Virus record (IMG/VR): IMGVR_UViG_2974607751_000001
Coordinates: 1-35,532 of that record
Strand: one strand, 5' to 3'
DNA length: 35,532 bases
From: a virus
Taxonomy: Duplodnaviria; Heunggongvirae; Uroviricota; Caudoviricetes; Demerecviridae
Position 1 is the first letter of the stretch; each line of letters begins with the position of its first letter. The notes under the pieces are model-generated. The model had not been told where the DNA came from, did not search any database, and saw only the letters and a program-made list of their open reading frames with translations. Shown piece after piece: positions 1 to 8,872 of this stretch. A program made the position numbers and the translations under genes.

Positions 1-1317
1 ATGAAAGTCTCTAGAGACTATATTAACACCACAGATGTTATTGACTTTGGTATTGACAAACGATTTTTCCGTCTACCAGTCTCTAGCATTCTAGCTCAAG
101 AGGGGATTACACCTAATGCCCCTCAGATTGCAATCATTAATGCACTAGAAGACCCAAGACACCGTTTCGTGACTGCATGTGTATCACGTCGTGTAGGTAA
201 GTCATTCATAGCATATACACTTGGGTTCCTAAAACTTCTGGAACCCAATGTGAAGGTGCTGGTAGTTGCACCTAACTACTCACTGGCTAACATCGGTTGG
301 TCACAGATTCGTGGTCTTATTAAGAAGTATGGATTACAGACTGAACGTGAGAACGCCAAGGATAAAGAGATTGAATTAGCGAATGGTTCACTCTTTAAAC
401 TGGCTTCCGCGGCGCAGGCTGACTCCGCGGTTGGTCGTTCCTATGACTTCATCATTTTTGACGAAGCAGCAATTTCCGACGTTGGTGGTGCAGCTTTTGA
501 TATTCAGTTACGTCCTACTCTAGATAAGCCAAACTCTAAAGCTCTGTTTATTTCCACACCTCGTGGTGGTAACTGGTTCAAAGAGTTCTACGAGAAAGGA
601 TTTAATGAAACGCTACCTAACTGGGTATCTATTCATGGTACATATCGTGATAATCCACGTGCTGACCTGAACGATATCGAGGAAGCGCGTCGTACTGTTA
701 GTAAAAACTACTTCCGCCAAGAATATGAGGCTGACTTCTCCGTATTCGAAGGTCAGATCTTTGATACCTTCAATGCTATCGAGCATGTTAAAGACCTTAA
801 AGGTATGCGCCACTTCTTTAAAGATGATGAGGCATTCGAAACATTACTTGGTATCGACGTTGGTTATCGTGACCCTACAGCGGTTCTCACTATTAAATAT
901 CATTACGATGAAGATGTTTATTATGTACTGGAAGAATATCAGCAGGCTGAAAAGACTACCGCTCAACATGCTGCTTATATCCAACACTGCATAGATCGTT
1001 ATAATGTTGATCGTATATTTGTAGACTCCGCTGCTGCTCAGTTCCGTCAGGACTTAGCATATGAACATGAAATTGCTTCTGCACCTGCTAAGAAATCTGT
1101 CCTAGACGGTTTGGCATGCCTGCAAGCATTGTTCCAGCAAGGCAAGATCATCGTAGATGCTTCATGCACCTCATTGATCCACGCCCTAGCGAACTACAAG
1201 TGGGACTTCCAGGAAGGCGAAGAGAAATTATCACGTGAAAAACCACGTCATGATGCGAACTCTCACCTTTGTGACGCACTGCGTTATGGAATTTACTCAA
1301 TTTCCCGTGGGAAATAA
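1..1317 (+). CDS. terL: Terminase large subunit (438 aa)
   Basis: Walker A-like SRRVGKS, Walker B FIIFDE, coupling motif ISTPRG, RNase H-like nuclease acidic motifs GIDVG and HLCDALRY; length and sequence closely resemble T5 TerL as recalled. Confidence 0.97.
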   Translation: MKVSRDYINTTDVIDFGIDKRFFRLPVSSILAQEGITPNAPQIAIINALEDPRHRFVTACVSRRVGKSFIAYTLGFLKLLEPNVKVLVVAPNYSLANIGWSQIRGLIKKYGLQTERENAKDKEIELANGSLFKLASAAQADSAVGRSYDFIIFDEAAISDVGGAAFDIQLRPTLDKPNSKALFISTPRGGNWFKEFYEKGFNETLPNWVSIHGTYRDNPRADLNDIEEARRTVSKNYFRQEYEADFSVFEGQIFDTFNAIEHVKDLKGMRHFFKDDEAFETLLGIDVGYRDPTAVLTIKYHYDEDVYYVLEEYQQAEKTTAQHAAYIQHCIDRYNVDRIFVDSAAAQFRQDLAYEHEIASAPAKKSVLDGLACLQALFQQGKIIVDASCTSLIHALANYKWDFQEGEEKLSREKPRHDANSHLCDALRYGIYSISRGK

Positions 1318-1325
1318 ATAAGTAT

Positions 1326-1360
1326 AGGATGGGATACTACTCAGTTGGTATCCCATTCCT
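1326..1360 (+). terminator. Stem-loop after terL, possible terminator
   Basis: AGGATGGGATACTA / TGGTATCCCATTCCT inverted repeat (about 14 bp with one bulge and one G-U), followed only by GCATTTT (weak U tract). Confidence 0.55.
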
Positions 1361-1376
1361 GCATTTTAAAATCCCC

Positions 1377-1405
1377 TTTACAAATTCGACATGATTATGT
1401 ATACT
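1377..1405 (+). promoter_or_regulatory. Sigma70-type late promoter for the head operon
   Basis: -35 TTTACA (1377-1382), 17-bp spacer, -10 TATACT (1400-1405), in the intergenic gap ahead of a GAGGAG RBS. Confidence 0.75.
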
Positions 1406-1431
1406 ATATTCATACAGTTGAGGAGAATACT

Positions 1432-1869
1432 GTGGCAGGAAATGTAAAATATAAACGTGATGCTATATCACTCATGCGAGACGGTATAAAAAGTCAATAT
1501 AAAAAAGCCGATCGCTGCGAAATCTGTGGTTGTGGTGAAGAATTAGAGCTTCATCATTACCATACAGTGTCTCTACTAGTTAAAAAATTTGCTAAAGAAC
1601 TCCAATTGGATTTCACTGACGAAGAAACAGTCCTCTCAAATAGGACGGCATTCTATGAAAGATACAGGCATGAGCTAGTAGATGACACTGTTACCCTTTG
1701 TGTCCACCATCACCAGCTATTACATAAGGTGTACACTAAAGAACCTCCCCTTTTTTCTGCTAATAAGCAGAAGGCATGGGTTCTTAAACAAAAGGAAAAG
1801 CTACAGAATCCTCAAGAAAAGACACAAGTCAAGACTGAAACTAAATCAGGATTCGCAAGGTTCTTATAA
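1432..1869 (+). CDS. HNH-type (nicking) endonuclease, 145 aa; start reassigned to GTG 1432
   Basis: CEICGC...LHHYH...VTLCVHHHQLLH HNH/zinc motif; GAGGAG at 1420-1425 before GTG 1432; the ORF-track start at 1345 would run through the hairpin and promoter; syntenic with the T5 nicking endonuclease gene. Confidence 0.85.
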   Translation: MAGNVKYKRDAISLMRDGIKSQYKKADRCEICGCGEELELHHYHTVSLLVKKFAKELQLDFTDEETVLSNRTAFYERYRHELVDDTVTLCVHHHQLLHKVYTKEPPLFSANKQKAWVLKQKEKLQNPQEKTQVKTETKSGFARFL

Positions 1870-3086
1870 TGGGTTTAAAAAGCTGGATTACTGAAAAGCT
1901 AAATCCGGGTCAACGTATTATAAGAGACATGGAACCCGTTAGTCATCGCACTAACCGTAAGCCATTTACCACTGGACAAGCCTACAGTAAGATTGAGATT
2001 CTCAACCGAACTGCTAACATGGTTATAGATAGTGCGGCGGAGTGTTCTTATACTGTCGGAGATAAATATAATATTGTCACGTATGCCAATGGCGTCAAGG
2101 CAAAGACTCTAGACACTCTCTTAAATGTACGACCTAATCCATTCATGGATATAAGCACATTCCGTAGACTTGTAGTCACTGACCTACTTTTTGAGGGTTG
2201 TGCATACATCTATTGGGATGGCACAGCACTTTATCATGTCCCTGCTGCACTAATGCAAGTAGAGGCAGATGCCAATAAGTTTATCAAAAAATTCATATTT
2301 AATAACCAGATAGACTATCGCGTAGATGAGATTATCTTTATAAAGGATAACAGTTACGTGTGTGGCACAAACTCCCAAATTTCTGGACAATCTCGTGTTG
2401 CTACAGTTATTGACTCTCTTGAGAAGCGTTCTAAAATGCTTAACTTTAAAGAGAAGTTCCTTGATAACGGCACAGTGATTGGTCTTATTCTTGAGACGGA
2501 TGAAATCCTGAACAAGAAATTGCGTGAGCGTAAACAAGAAGAATTACAACTCGATTATAATCCTAGTACGGGTCAGTCTACTGTCCTGATTCTAGATGGT
2601 GGTATGAAAGCAAAACCGTACTCCCAAATATCCTCTTTTAAAGATCTAGACTTCAAGGAAGATATCGAAGGATTTAATAAATCCATCTGTCTTGCCTTTG
2701 GTGTTCCGCAAGTGTTACTTGATGGTGGTAATAATGCTAACATTCGACCAAATATCGAATTGTTCTATTACATGACTATCATTCCTATGCTGAACAAGCT
2801 GACTAGTTCTCTTACTTTCTTCTTTGGCTACAAGGTTACTCCTAATACTAAGGAAGTAGCTGCACTGACGCCAGATAAAGAAGCTGAGGCTAAACATTTA
2901 ACCTCTTTGGTTAATAACGGTATCATGACTGGTAACGAAGCTCGTGAAGAGCTTAACCTTGAACCTTTAGATGATGAGCAGATGAATAAGATTCGTATTC
3001 CTGCTAACGTTGCTGGTTCTGCAACAGGTGTATCTGGTCAAGAAGGTGGTAGACCGCAAGGCACTGCCGATGGGGATAAAGAATGA
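1869..3086 (+). CDS. Portal protein (pb7-like, HK97 family), 405 aa
   Basis: Position after terL; HK97-portal motifs (LILDGGMK, ICLAFGVP, GIMTGNEAREELNLEPL). Confidence 0.95.
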   Translation: MGLKSWITEKLNPGQRIIRDMEPVSHRTNRKPFTTGQAYSKIEILNRTANMVIDSAAECSYTVGDKYNIVTYANGVKAKTLDTLLNVRPNPFMDISTFRRLVVTDLLFEGCAYIYWDGTALYHVPAALMQVEADANKFIKKFIFNNQIDYRVDEIIFIKDNSYVCGTNSQISGQSRVATVIDSLEKRSKMLNFKEKFLDNGTVIGLILETDEILNKKLRERKQEELQLDYNPSTGQSTVLILDGGMKAKPYSQISSFKDLDFKEDIEGFNKSICLAFGVPQVLLDGGNNANIRPNIELFYYMTIIPMLNKLTSSLTFFFGYKVTPNTKEVAALTPDKEAEAKHLTSLVNNGIMTGNEAREELNLEPLDDEQMNKIRIPANVAGSATGVSGQEGGRPQGTADGDKE

Positions 3087-3565
3087 TTGATTATGATGGT
3101 CTAAAGGCCATTTTTGGTGAAAAGCTGCCAGAATCTCATATCTTCTTTGCTACGGTTGCAGCACATAAGTTTGTTCCAAACTACGCTACTCTACGTAAAG
3201 AGTTTGGAATGACCACTGCACATACCAACCGCAAGGTTTGGAATAAGTTCAAAGAAGCATACGAAGTTACTGCTCCGGTTGTTCCGGCTCTAGCTTTCAC
3301 GAAGAATCTGGCTAAAACTCTAGCTGTTGATACTGGTGCAGCAATTAATCTGGGCGTAACAGTTACTGGTGGTACTGCACCATATACTTATGCTTGGACT
3401 AAAGACGGTTCTCCACTAAGTGGTGTTACTGGCCCTAATTTCAACAAAGCTACAGCTGCTGCAGAAGATGCTGGTACTTACAAAGTTGTTGTAACGGATA
3501 GTAAATCTACTTCTATTACTTCTAACGAGTGTGTAACAACTATCAATCCTGCGCCGGAGGCTTAA
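3083..3565 (+). CDS. Capsid decoration protein (pb10-like) with C-terminal Ig-like domain, 160 aa
   Basis: N-terminal capsid-binding domain MIDYDGLKAIFGEKLPESHIFFATVAAH as in T5 pb10; Ig motifs GGTAPYTYAW and DAGTYKVVV. Confidence 0.92.
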   Translation: MIDYDGLKAIFGEKLPESHIFFATVAAHKFVPNYATLRKEFGMTTAHTNRKVWNKFKEAYEVTAPVVPALAFTKNLAKTLAVDTGAAINLGVTVTGGTAPYTYAWTKDGSPLSGVTGPNFNKATAAAEDAGTYKVVVTDSKSTSITSNECVTTINPAPEA

Positions 3566-3568
3566 TAA

Positions 3569-4201
3569 ATGACAAATGCTGCTATTGACTATAACAAGTT
3601 AAAATCAGCACCGGTTCATTTAGACGCTTACATTAAGTCTATTGATAGCGAATCCAAAGAGGGTGTTGTAAAAATCCGTGGATTCGCTAATACAATTAGT
3701 AAAGATCGCGCTGGCGACGTAATTCCTGCTTCGGCATGGAAAACGTCTAATGCACTTGCTAACTACATGAAAAACCCGATTATTCTTTTCGGCCACGACC
3801 ATCGTCGTCCAATCGGTAAGTGTATTGATCTTAACCCTACTGAAATGGGTCTCGAAATTGAATGCGAGATTTATGAAAGTTCTGATCCAGCTATCTTCTC
3901 ACTAATTAAAAACGGTGTACTGAAAACCTTCAGTATCGGATTCCGCTGCCTAGATGCAGAATGGGATGAAGCTACTGACATATTTATTATTAAAGATTTA
4001 GAACTATACGAAGTTTCGGTAGTTTCTGTACCTTGTAATCAGGACTCAACGTTCAACCTCGCTAAGAGTATGAATGGCCACGATTACACTGAATGGCGCA
4101 AATCTTTTACTGCAACAAGTTCTAAGGCTGTCCCAGCTCAAGAACGTAATCTTTCTGAACTAGAAAAACTTGCGATAGCTTTAGGCTACGTTAAAGAATA
4201 A
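3569..4201 (+). CDS. Prohead maturation protease (pb11-like, HK97 family), 210 aa
   Basis: ILFGHDH, FSIGF, LYEVSVVSVPCN motifs; directly upstream of the capsid gene; GGAGG RBS. Confidence 0.95.
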   Translation: MTNAAIDYNKLKSAPVHLDAYIKSIDSESKEGVVKIRGFANTISKDRAGDVIPASAWKTSNALANYMKNPIILFGHDHRRPIGKCIDLNPTEMGLEIECEIYESSDPAIFSLIKNGVLKTFSIGFRCLDAEWDEATDIFIIKDLELYEVSVVSVPCNQDSTFNLAKSMNGHDYTEWRKSFTATSSKAVPAQERNLSELEKLAIALGYVKE

Positions 4202-4218
4202 CGGAGAATTATTTAAAA

Positions 4219-5595
4219 ATGACTATTGATATTAATAAGCTGAAGGAAGAACTTGGTCTGGGTGATCTGGCTAAATCTCTGGAAGGTCTGACTGCTGCTC
4301 AGAAAGCTGCGGAAGCTAAGCGTCTGCGTGAAGAGCAGGAAGAAAAAGAACTGGCTCGTATGAACGACCTAGTATCTAAAGCTGTTGGTGAAGACCGTAA
4401 GCGTCTGGAAGAGGCTCTGGATCTGGTTAAGAACCTGGACGAGAAGTCTAAGAAGAGCGCAGAACTGTTTGCACAGACTGTAGAAAAGCAACAGGAAACC
4501 ATCGTTGGTCTTCAGGACGAAATCAAGTCTCTGTTGGCAGTTCGTGAAGGTCGTTCCTTCGTTGGTGATAGCGTAGCTAAAGCTCTTTATGGTACTCAAG
4601 ATGCTTTCGAAGATGAAGTTGAGAAACTGGTTCTTCTGTCTTATATGATGGAGAAGGACGTATTCGAAACTGAACATGGTAAGGCTCACGTTAAAGCTGT
4701 TAACGGTTCTTCTTCCGTTTCCATGTCTAGCGAAGCATACGAAACTATCTTCTCTACCCGTATTATCCGTGACCTGCAGAAGGAACTGGTAGTTGGTGCA
4801 CTGTTCGATGAACTGCCAATGTCCAGCAAAATCCTTACTATGCTCGTTGAACCAGAAGCTGGTCGTGCTACTTGGGTAGATGCTTCCAAATTCGGTACTG
4901 ACGAAACTGTTGGTGACGAAGTTAAAGGTCAACTGACTGAAATCAGCTTCAAAACTTACAAGCTGGCTGCTAAATCCTTCATCACTGATGAAACTGAAGA
5001 AGATGCAATCTTCTCCCTGCTGCCTCTGCTACGTAAGCGTCTGATCGAAGCACACGCTGTTTCTATCGAAGAAGCTTTCATGTCCGGTAATGGTACTGGT
5101 CAGCCTAAGGGTCTGCTGAAACTGGCTGCTGATGATGGTGCTAAGGTTGTTACCGAAGCTAAAGCTGATGGTTCTGTTCTGGTAACTGCTAAGACTATCT
5201 CCAAGCTGCGTCGTAAACTGGGCCGTCACGGTCTGAAACTGAGCAAACTGGTACTGATCGTATCTATGGATGCTTACTACGATCTGCTGGAAGATGAAGA
5301 ATGGCAGGATGTTGCCCAGGTTGGTAACGATGCTGTTAAACTGCAGGGTCAGGTTGGTCGTATTTACGGTCTGCCGGTTGTAGTTTCTGAGTACTTCCCA
5401 GCTAAAGCTGCTTCTGCAGAATTTGCAGTTATTGTTTATAAAGATAACTTCGTAATGCCGCGTCAGCGTGCTGTTACTGTTGAACGTGAGCGCCAAGCTG
5501 GCAAACAGCGTGACGCATACTACGTTACTCAGCGTGTTAACCTGCAACGTTACTTCGAAAACGGCGTTGTATCTGGTGCTTACGCTGCATCTTAA
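4219..5595 (+). CDS. Major capsid protein precursor (pb8-like, HK97 fold with N-terminal coiled-coil delta domain), 458 aa
   Basis: Charged helical N-terminus; HK97-fold motifs (EEAFMSGNGTGQPKGLL, GRIYGLPVVVSE); strong high-expression codon bias. Confidence 0.97.
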   Translation: MTIDINKLKEELGLGDLAKSLEGLTAAQKAAEAKRLREEQEEKELARMNDLVSKAVGEDRKRLEEALDLVKNLDEKSKKSAELFAQTVEKQQETIVGLQDEIKSLLAVREGRSFVGDSVAKALYGTQDAFEDEVEKLVLLSYMMEKDVFETEHGKAHVKAVNGSSSVSMSSEAYETIFSTRIIRDLQKELVVGALFDELPMSSKILTMLVEPEAGRATWVDASKFGTDETVGDEVKGQLTEISFKTYKLAAKSFITDETEEDAIFSLLPLLRKRLIEAHAVSIEEAFMSGNGTGQPKGLLKLAADDGAKVVTEAKADGSVLVTAKTISKLRRKLGRHGLKLSKLVLIVSMDAYYDLLEDEEWQDVAQVGNDAVKLQGQVGRIYGLPVVVSEYFPAKAASAEFAVIVYKDNFVMPRQRAVTVERERQAGKQRDAYYVTQRVNLQRYFENGVVSGAYAAS

Positions 5596-5614
5596 TACAG
5601 GCTTTTCAGCCGAT

Positions 5615-5643
5615 AAGGAGAGCTTCGGCTCTCCTTTTTTATT
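5615..5643 (+). terminator. Rho-independent terminator after the capsid gene
   Basis: AAGGAGAGC-TTCG-GCTCTCCTT perfect stem with C(UUCG)G tetraloop, then a T run. Confidence 0.93.
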
Positions 5644-5654
5644 GGGAAAAATAA

Positions 5655-6167
5655 ATGCAAATCATCACTGTTGAAGATTATAAACTATATGGGAACTTAA
5701 AACGTCCAGATATGGAAACTCAGGTTGAGATGATGATTAAAGCTGCCAATACGCTGATTACAAGCCTTCTAGGTATGGACGATGCAGATGCGGTAGATCA
5801 ATTAATCACTACAAAACCTAGCCGTAGGAAATATTTCCTGAGTTCTCCCTCAGCCACATCTATTACAAAGATGACTATTAACGAGAATGAAATAGACCCG
5901 GAACAGTTTAAACTGTATCCTGATGGTGTTATTCTTCTTAAGTTTAATCCTCCTGAAGGATATATGGATGTAGAGTATACTCAAGGTGGTTTCAACCCAA
6001 TGCCTGAAGATCTTAAACTGGCAGCATGTTTGTTAGTAGATCACTGGCATAAGCAAGATTATCGTCAAGCCAAGACTATTGGTGGTGAGACAATTACGTT
6101 TAACAATACTAAGTCTGGTATTCCAGAACATATTCGTACAATCATCGAAGTCTATAGGAGAGTGTAA
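5655..6167 (+). CDS. Head completion/adaptor protein (p144-like), 170 aa
   Basis: Synteny; YTQGGFNPMPEDLKLAACLLVDHW resembles the head-tail connector family signature. Confidence 0.85.
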   Translation: MQIITVEDYKLYGNLKRPDMETQVEMMIKAANTLITSLLGMDDADAVDQLITTKPSRRKYFLSSPSATSITKMTINENEIDPEQFKLYPDGVILLKFNPPEGYMDVEYTQGGFNPMPEDLKLAACLLVDHWHKQDYRQAKTIGGETITFNNTKSGIPEHIRTIIEVYRRV

Positions 6168-6934
6168 TGGCTCTTTCCGATCTAGCTAGACAAATTATTA
6201 AAGAGCAGCTAGATACCGCAGGACGATCTGAGAATAATAAGAACACTGTTGTATACACAGTTGAGACAGGTTTGAAAGATCCTACAAGAGATGGTACAGT
6301 TGCACAGGTATCTTTCAAATTCTCAAAACCAGTATCACAAGACTTATTAAATGTTAGGACAGCATCTATATTGAAGGCTGTTTCTTCTAACTTAGATCTT
6401 TCTGGTGATTTAGGCGCTCTAGAGAATCTAATTCAAGCAACCGCAGGTAAACGTTCTGCTGTTGGTAAAAAACGTTCTACTGGTAGAGTTCAGGTAAACT
6501 TTGGAGATCCTAGAGATACTGAAGATGGCTATTCTGGTGCAGTAACAGGTGCTTCCGGTCGTTTCGTATCGAATAGTAACATGCGTGCTATTCTTGAGAT
6601 AGTTGCTAAGGAATATTTAATCAAGGATATGAAAAAAGCAGGAGCACCTCTGAAGTTCAGAACTGGTCGCTTTGCTAACTCCTTAAAGATTAAAGACGTT
6701 ATGTTACGTGATGCAGAAACTAGTAAAGGTGCTCCAGAGCTGAATGTGACATATAACTATATGGTTCGTCCTTACTCTGTGTTCAACCCCGCAGTTTCTA
6801 CATATCGAAGACTTTCTCTACGACCTTACCCTGGCGCTCGAAACCCTCAGAAACTTATTGGGGAGGCAATCGCAAAAGCTGCAAGAGACCTGATTCACTC
6901 TAGATATAAAATCAAGGTTAATCAAGGAACCTAA
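6167..6934 (+). CDS. Tail completion protein (p143-like), 255 aa
   Basis: Synteny; basic protein; FRTGRFANS motif recalled from T5 p143. Confidence 0.8.
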   Translation: MALSDLARQIIKEQLDTAGRSENNKNTVVYTVETGLKDPTRDGTVAQVSFKFSKPVSQDLLNVRTASILKAVSSNLDLSGDLGALENLIQATAGKRSAVGKKRSTGRVQVNFGDPRDTEDGYSGAVTGASGRFVSNSNMRAILEIVAKEYLIKDMKKAGAPLKFRTGRFANSLKIKDVMLRDAETSKGAPELNVTYNYMVRPYSVFNPAVSTYRRLSLRPYPGARNPQKLIGEAIAKAARDLIHSRYKIKVNQGT

Positions 6935-6937
6935 TAA

Positions 6938-7423
6938 ATGGATCACAGAACAAGTATTGCACAAGCAGTGGTTGACCGAATCGCCACACAAATGGATGGT
7001 TCACAACCTGACGAGTATTTCAATAACCTTTATGGAAACGTTTCTCGTCAAACTTATAAATTCGAGGAAATCCGAGAATTTCCTTTTGTGGCAGTTCATA
7101 TCGGAACTGAAACTGGGCAGTATCTTCCTTCAGGCCAACAGTGGATGTTTTTAGAACTTCCAATCCTCGTGTATGACAAAGAGAAAACAGATATTCAAGA
7201 GCAACTTGAAAAACTCGTAGCTGACATAAAAACCGTCATTGACACAGGTGGAAATTTAGAATATACTGTTAGTAAACCTAATGGATCGACCTTCCCATGT
7301 GAGGCAACTGATATGAACATCACCTCAGTAGCTACAGATGAGGGTCTACTGGCCCCATATGGTTTAGCGGAAATAAATGTAACAGTGAGGTATCAGCCAC
7401 CTCGTAGGGCACTTCGCAGATAA
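6938..7423 (+). CDS. Tail terminator protein (p142-like), 161 aa
   Basis: Immediately upstream of the tail tube gene; acidic, lambda gpU-like size. Confidence 0.85.
   Translation: MDHRTSIAQAVVDRIATQMDGSQPDEYFNNLYGNVSRQTYKFEEIREFPFVAVHIGTETGQYLPSGQQWMFLELPILVYDKEKTDIQEQLEKLVADIKTVIDTGGNLEYTVSKPNGSTFPCEATDMNITSVATDEGLLAPYGLAEINVTVRYQPPRRALRR
7225..7267 (+). promoter_or_regulatory. Late promoter inside the tail terminator gene, T5 P_J5-like
   Basis: A-tract UP element ATAAAAA, -35 TTGACA (7239-7244), 17-bp spacer, -10 TATACT (7262-7267); nearly identical to T5 P_J5 as recalled. Confidence 0.85.
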
Positions 7424-7449
7424 GTTACAGATTAGGAGAATATAAATAA

Positions 7450-8862
7450 ATGTCTTTACAACTATTACGTAATACTCGAATCTTCGTGTCTACGGTTAAG
7501 ACTGGTCACGATAAGACCAACACGCAAGAGATTCTAGTTCAAGATGATATTTCTTGGGGTCAGGACAGTAACTCAACCGATATTACTGTTAACGAAGCTG
7601 GTCCGCGTCCAACTCGTGGTTCAAAACGTTTCAACGACTCCCTGAACGCAGCTGAGTGGAGTTTCTCTACTTACATCCTGCCTTACTTAGATAAGACTAC
7701 TAGTAAGCAGATCGTTCCGGACTACATGCTGTGGCATGCTCTTTCTAGTGGTAAGCCTATCAACCTAGATGGTGATACAGGTGCACACACTAACGAAACT
7801 AACTTCATGGTTAACTTTAAGGATAACGCATACCACGAACTGGCAATGCTGCACATTTATATCCTTACTGATAAAGCATGGAGTTATATCGATTCCTGTC
7901 AGATCAACCAGGCTGAAGTAAACGTTGATATCGAAGATATCGGTCGTGTAACTTGGTCAGGTAATGGTAACCAGCTAATCCCCCTGGATGCTGCTCCATT
8001 TGATCCTGATACTGTGGGTATCGATGATGAGACTTACATGACTATCCAGGGTTCTTACATTAAGAACAAACTGACTATCCTCAAGATTAAGGATATGGAT
8101 ACTGGTAAGGCATATGACATTCCGATCACTGGTGGTAGCTTTACAATCAACAACAACATCACCTACTTGACTCCGAACGTTATGTCCCGTGTTAACATCC
8201 CAATCGGTTCATTTACTGGTGCATTCGAACTAACTGGTTCTCTAACTGCTTATCTTAATGATAAAGCTCTAGGTTCTATGGATCTGTACAAAGATCTAAT
8301 TAAGACCCTGAAAGTAGTTAACCGTTTCGAAATCGCTCTAGTACTTGGTGGTGAATATGATGATGAGCGTCCTGCTGCTGTTCTAGTTGCTAAGCAAGCT
8401 CACGTTAACATCCCAACTATTGAGACTGACGATGTACTTGGTACTTCTGTAGAGTTCAAAGCAATTCCTACTGATCTGGATACTGGTGATGAAGGTTATC
8501 TTGGTTTCTCTAACAAGTATACCAAGACTACTATTGCAAACCTGATTGCAACTGGTGATGGGGGTGAAGCTGCTCCGGCTCCTTTGAAATTGACTACTGA
8601 TCTTCCAGCTACTAAAACAGCAACGGTTGGTGAGGATGTTACCTTTACTGTAGTAGCCTCTGGTGGTACTGCTCCATATACCTATAAATGGTATTGGAAT
8701 ACTACTCTGATCGACTCTGGAGTTAACCCTACTGCTGCAACTGCTGCTCTTACTAACCATGCTGTGGAAACTGCTTCCGCTGGTGCGTATAAAGTAGAGG
8801 TTTCAGACTCTAAAGGGCAGAAGATTACATCAACTCCTTGTGCGCTGACTGTAAATGAATAA
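7450..8862 (+). CDS. Major tail tube protein (pb6-like) with C-terminal Ig-like domain, 470 aa
   Basis: N-terminus MSLQLLRNTRIFVSTVKTGH and two-domain tube body as in T5 pb6; AGGAG RBS; C-terminal Ig motifs GGTAPYTYKW and SAGAYKVEV. Confidence 0.96.
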   Translation: MSLQLLRNTRIFVSTVKTGHDKTNTQEILVQDDISWGQDSNSTDITVNEAGPRPTRGSKRFNDSLNAAEWSFSTYILPYLDKTTSKQIVPDYMLWHALSSGKPINLDGDTGAHTNETNFMVNFKDNAYHELAMLHIYILTDKAWSYIDSCQINQAEVNVDIEDIGRVTWSGNGNQLIPLDAAPFDPDTVGIDDETYMTIQGSYIKNKLTILKIKDMDTGKAYDIPITGGSFTINNNITYLTPNVMSRVNIPIGSFTGAFELTGSLTAYLNDKALGSMDLYKDLIKTLKVVNRFEIALVLGGEYDDERPAAVLVAKQAHVNIPTIETDDVLGTSVEFKAIPTDLDTGDEGYLGFSNKYTKTTIANLIATGDGGEAAPAPLKLTTDLPATKTATVGEDVTFTVVASGGTAPYTYKWYWNTTLIDSGVNPTAATAALTNHAVETASAGAYKVEVSDSKGQKITSTPCALTVNE

Positions 8863-8872
8863 GGCTTAACTA

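Noticed and set aside
1345-1431. N-terminal extension of the HNH ORF given by the ORF track
   Set aside because: Overlaps the hairpin and promoter; the GTG at 1432 has the SD
3548-3555. GGCGCAGG nick-like motif on the minus strand at the end of the decoration gene
   Set aside because: Opposite strand to the D13 site, whereas T5 nicks are confined to one strand; explained by Pro-Ala-Pro codons. It also shows that the motif can arise by chance
4299-5547. Long antisense ORFs opposite the capsid gene (4369-4932, 5029-5547 and others)
   Set aside because: Expected shadow of strong codon bias in a highly expressed gene; no RBS or promoter and no protein-like motifs
5600-5611. Small GGCT-TTTC-AGCC hairpin upstream of the capsid terminator
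   Set aside because: Only 4 bp; too weak to call
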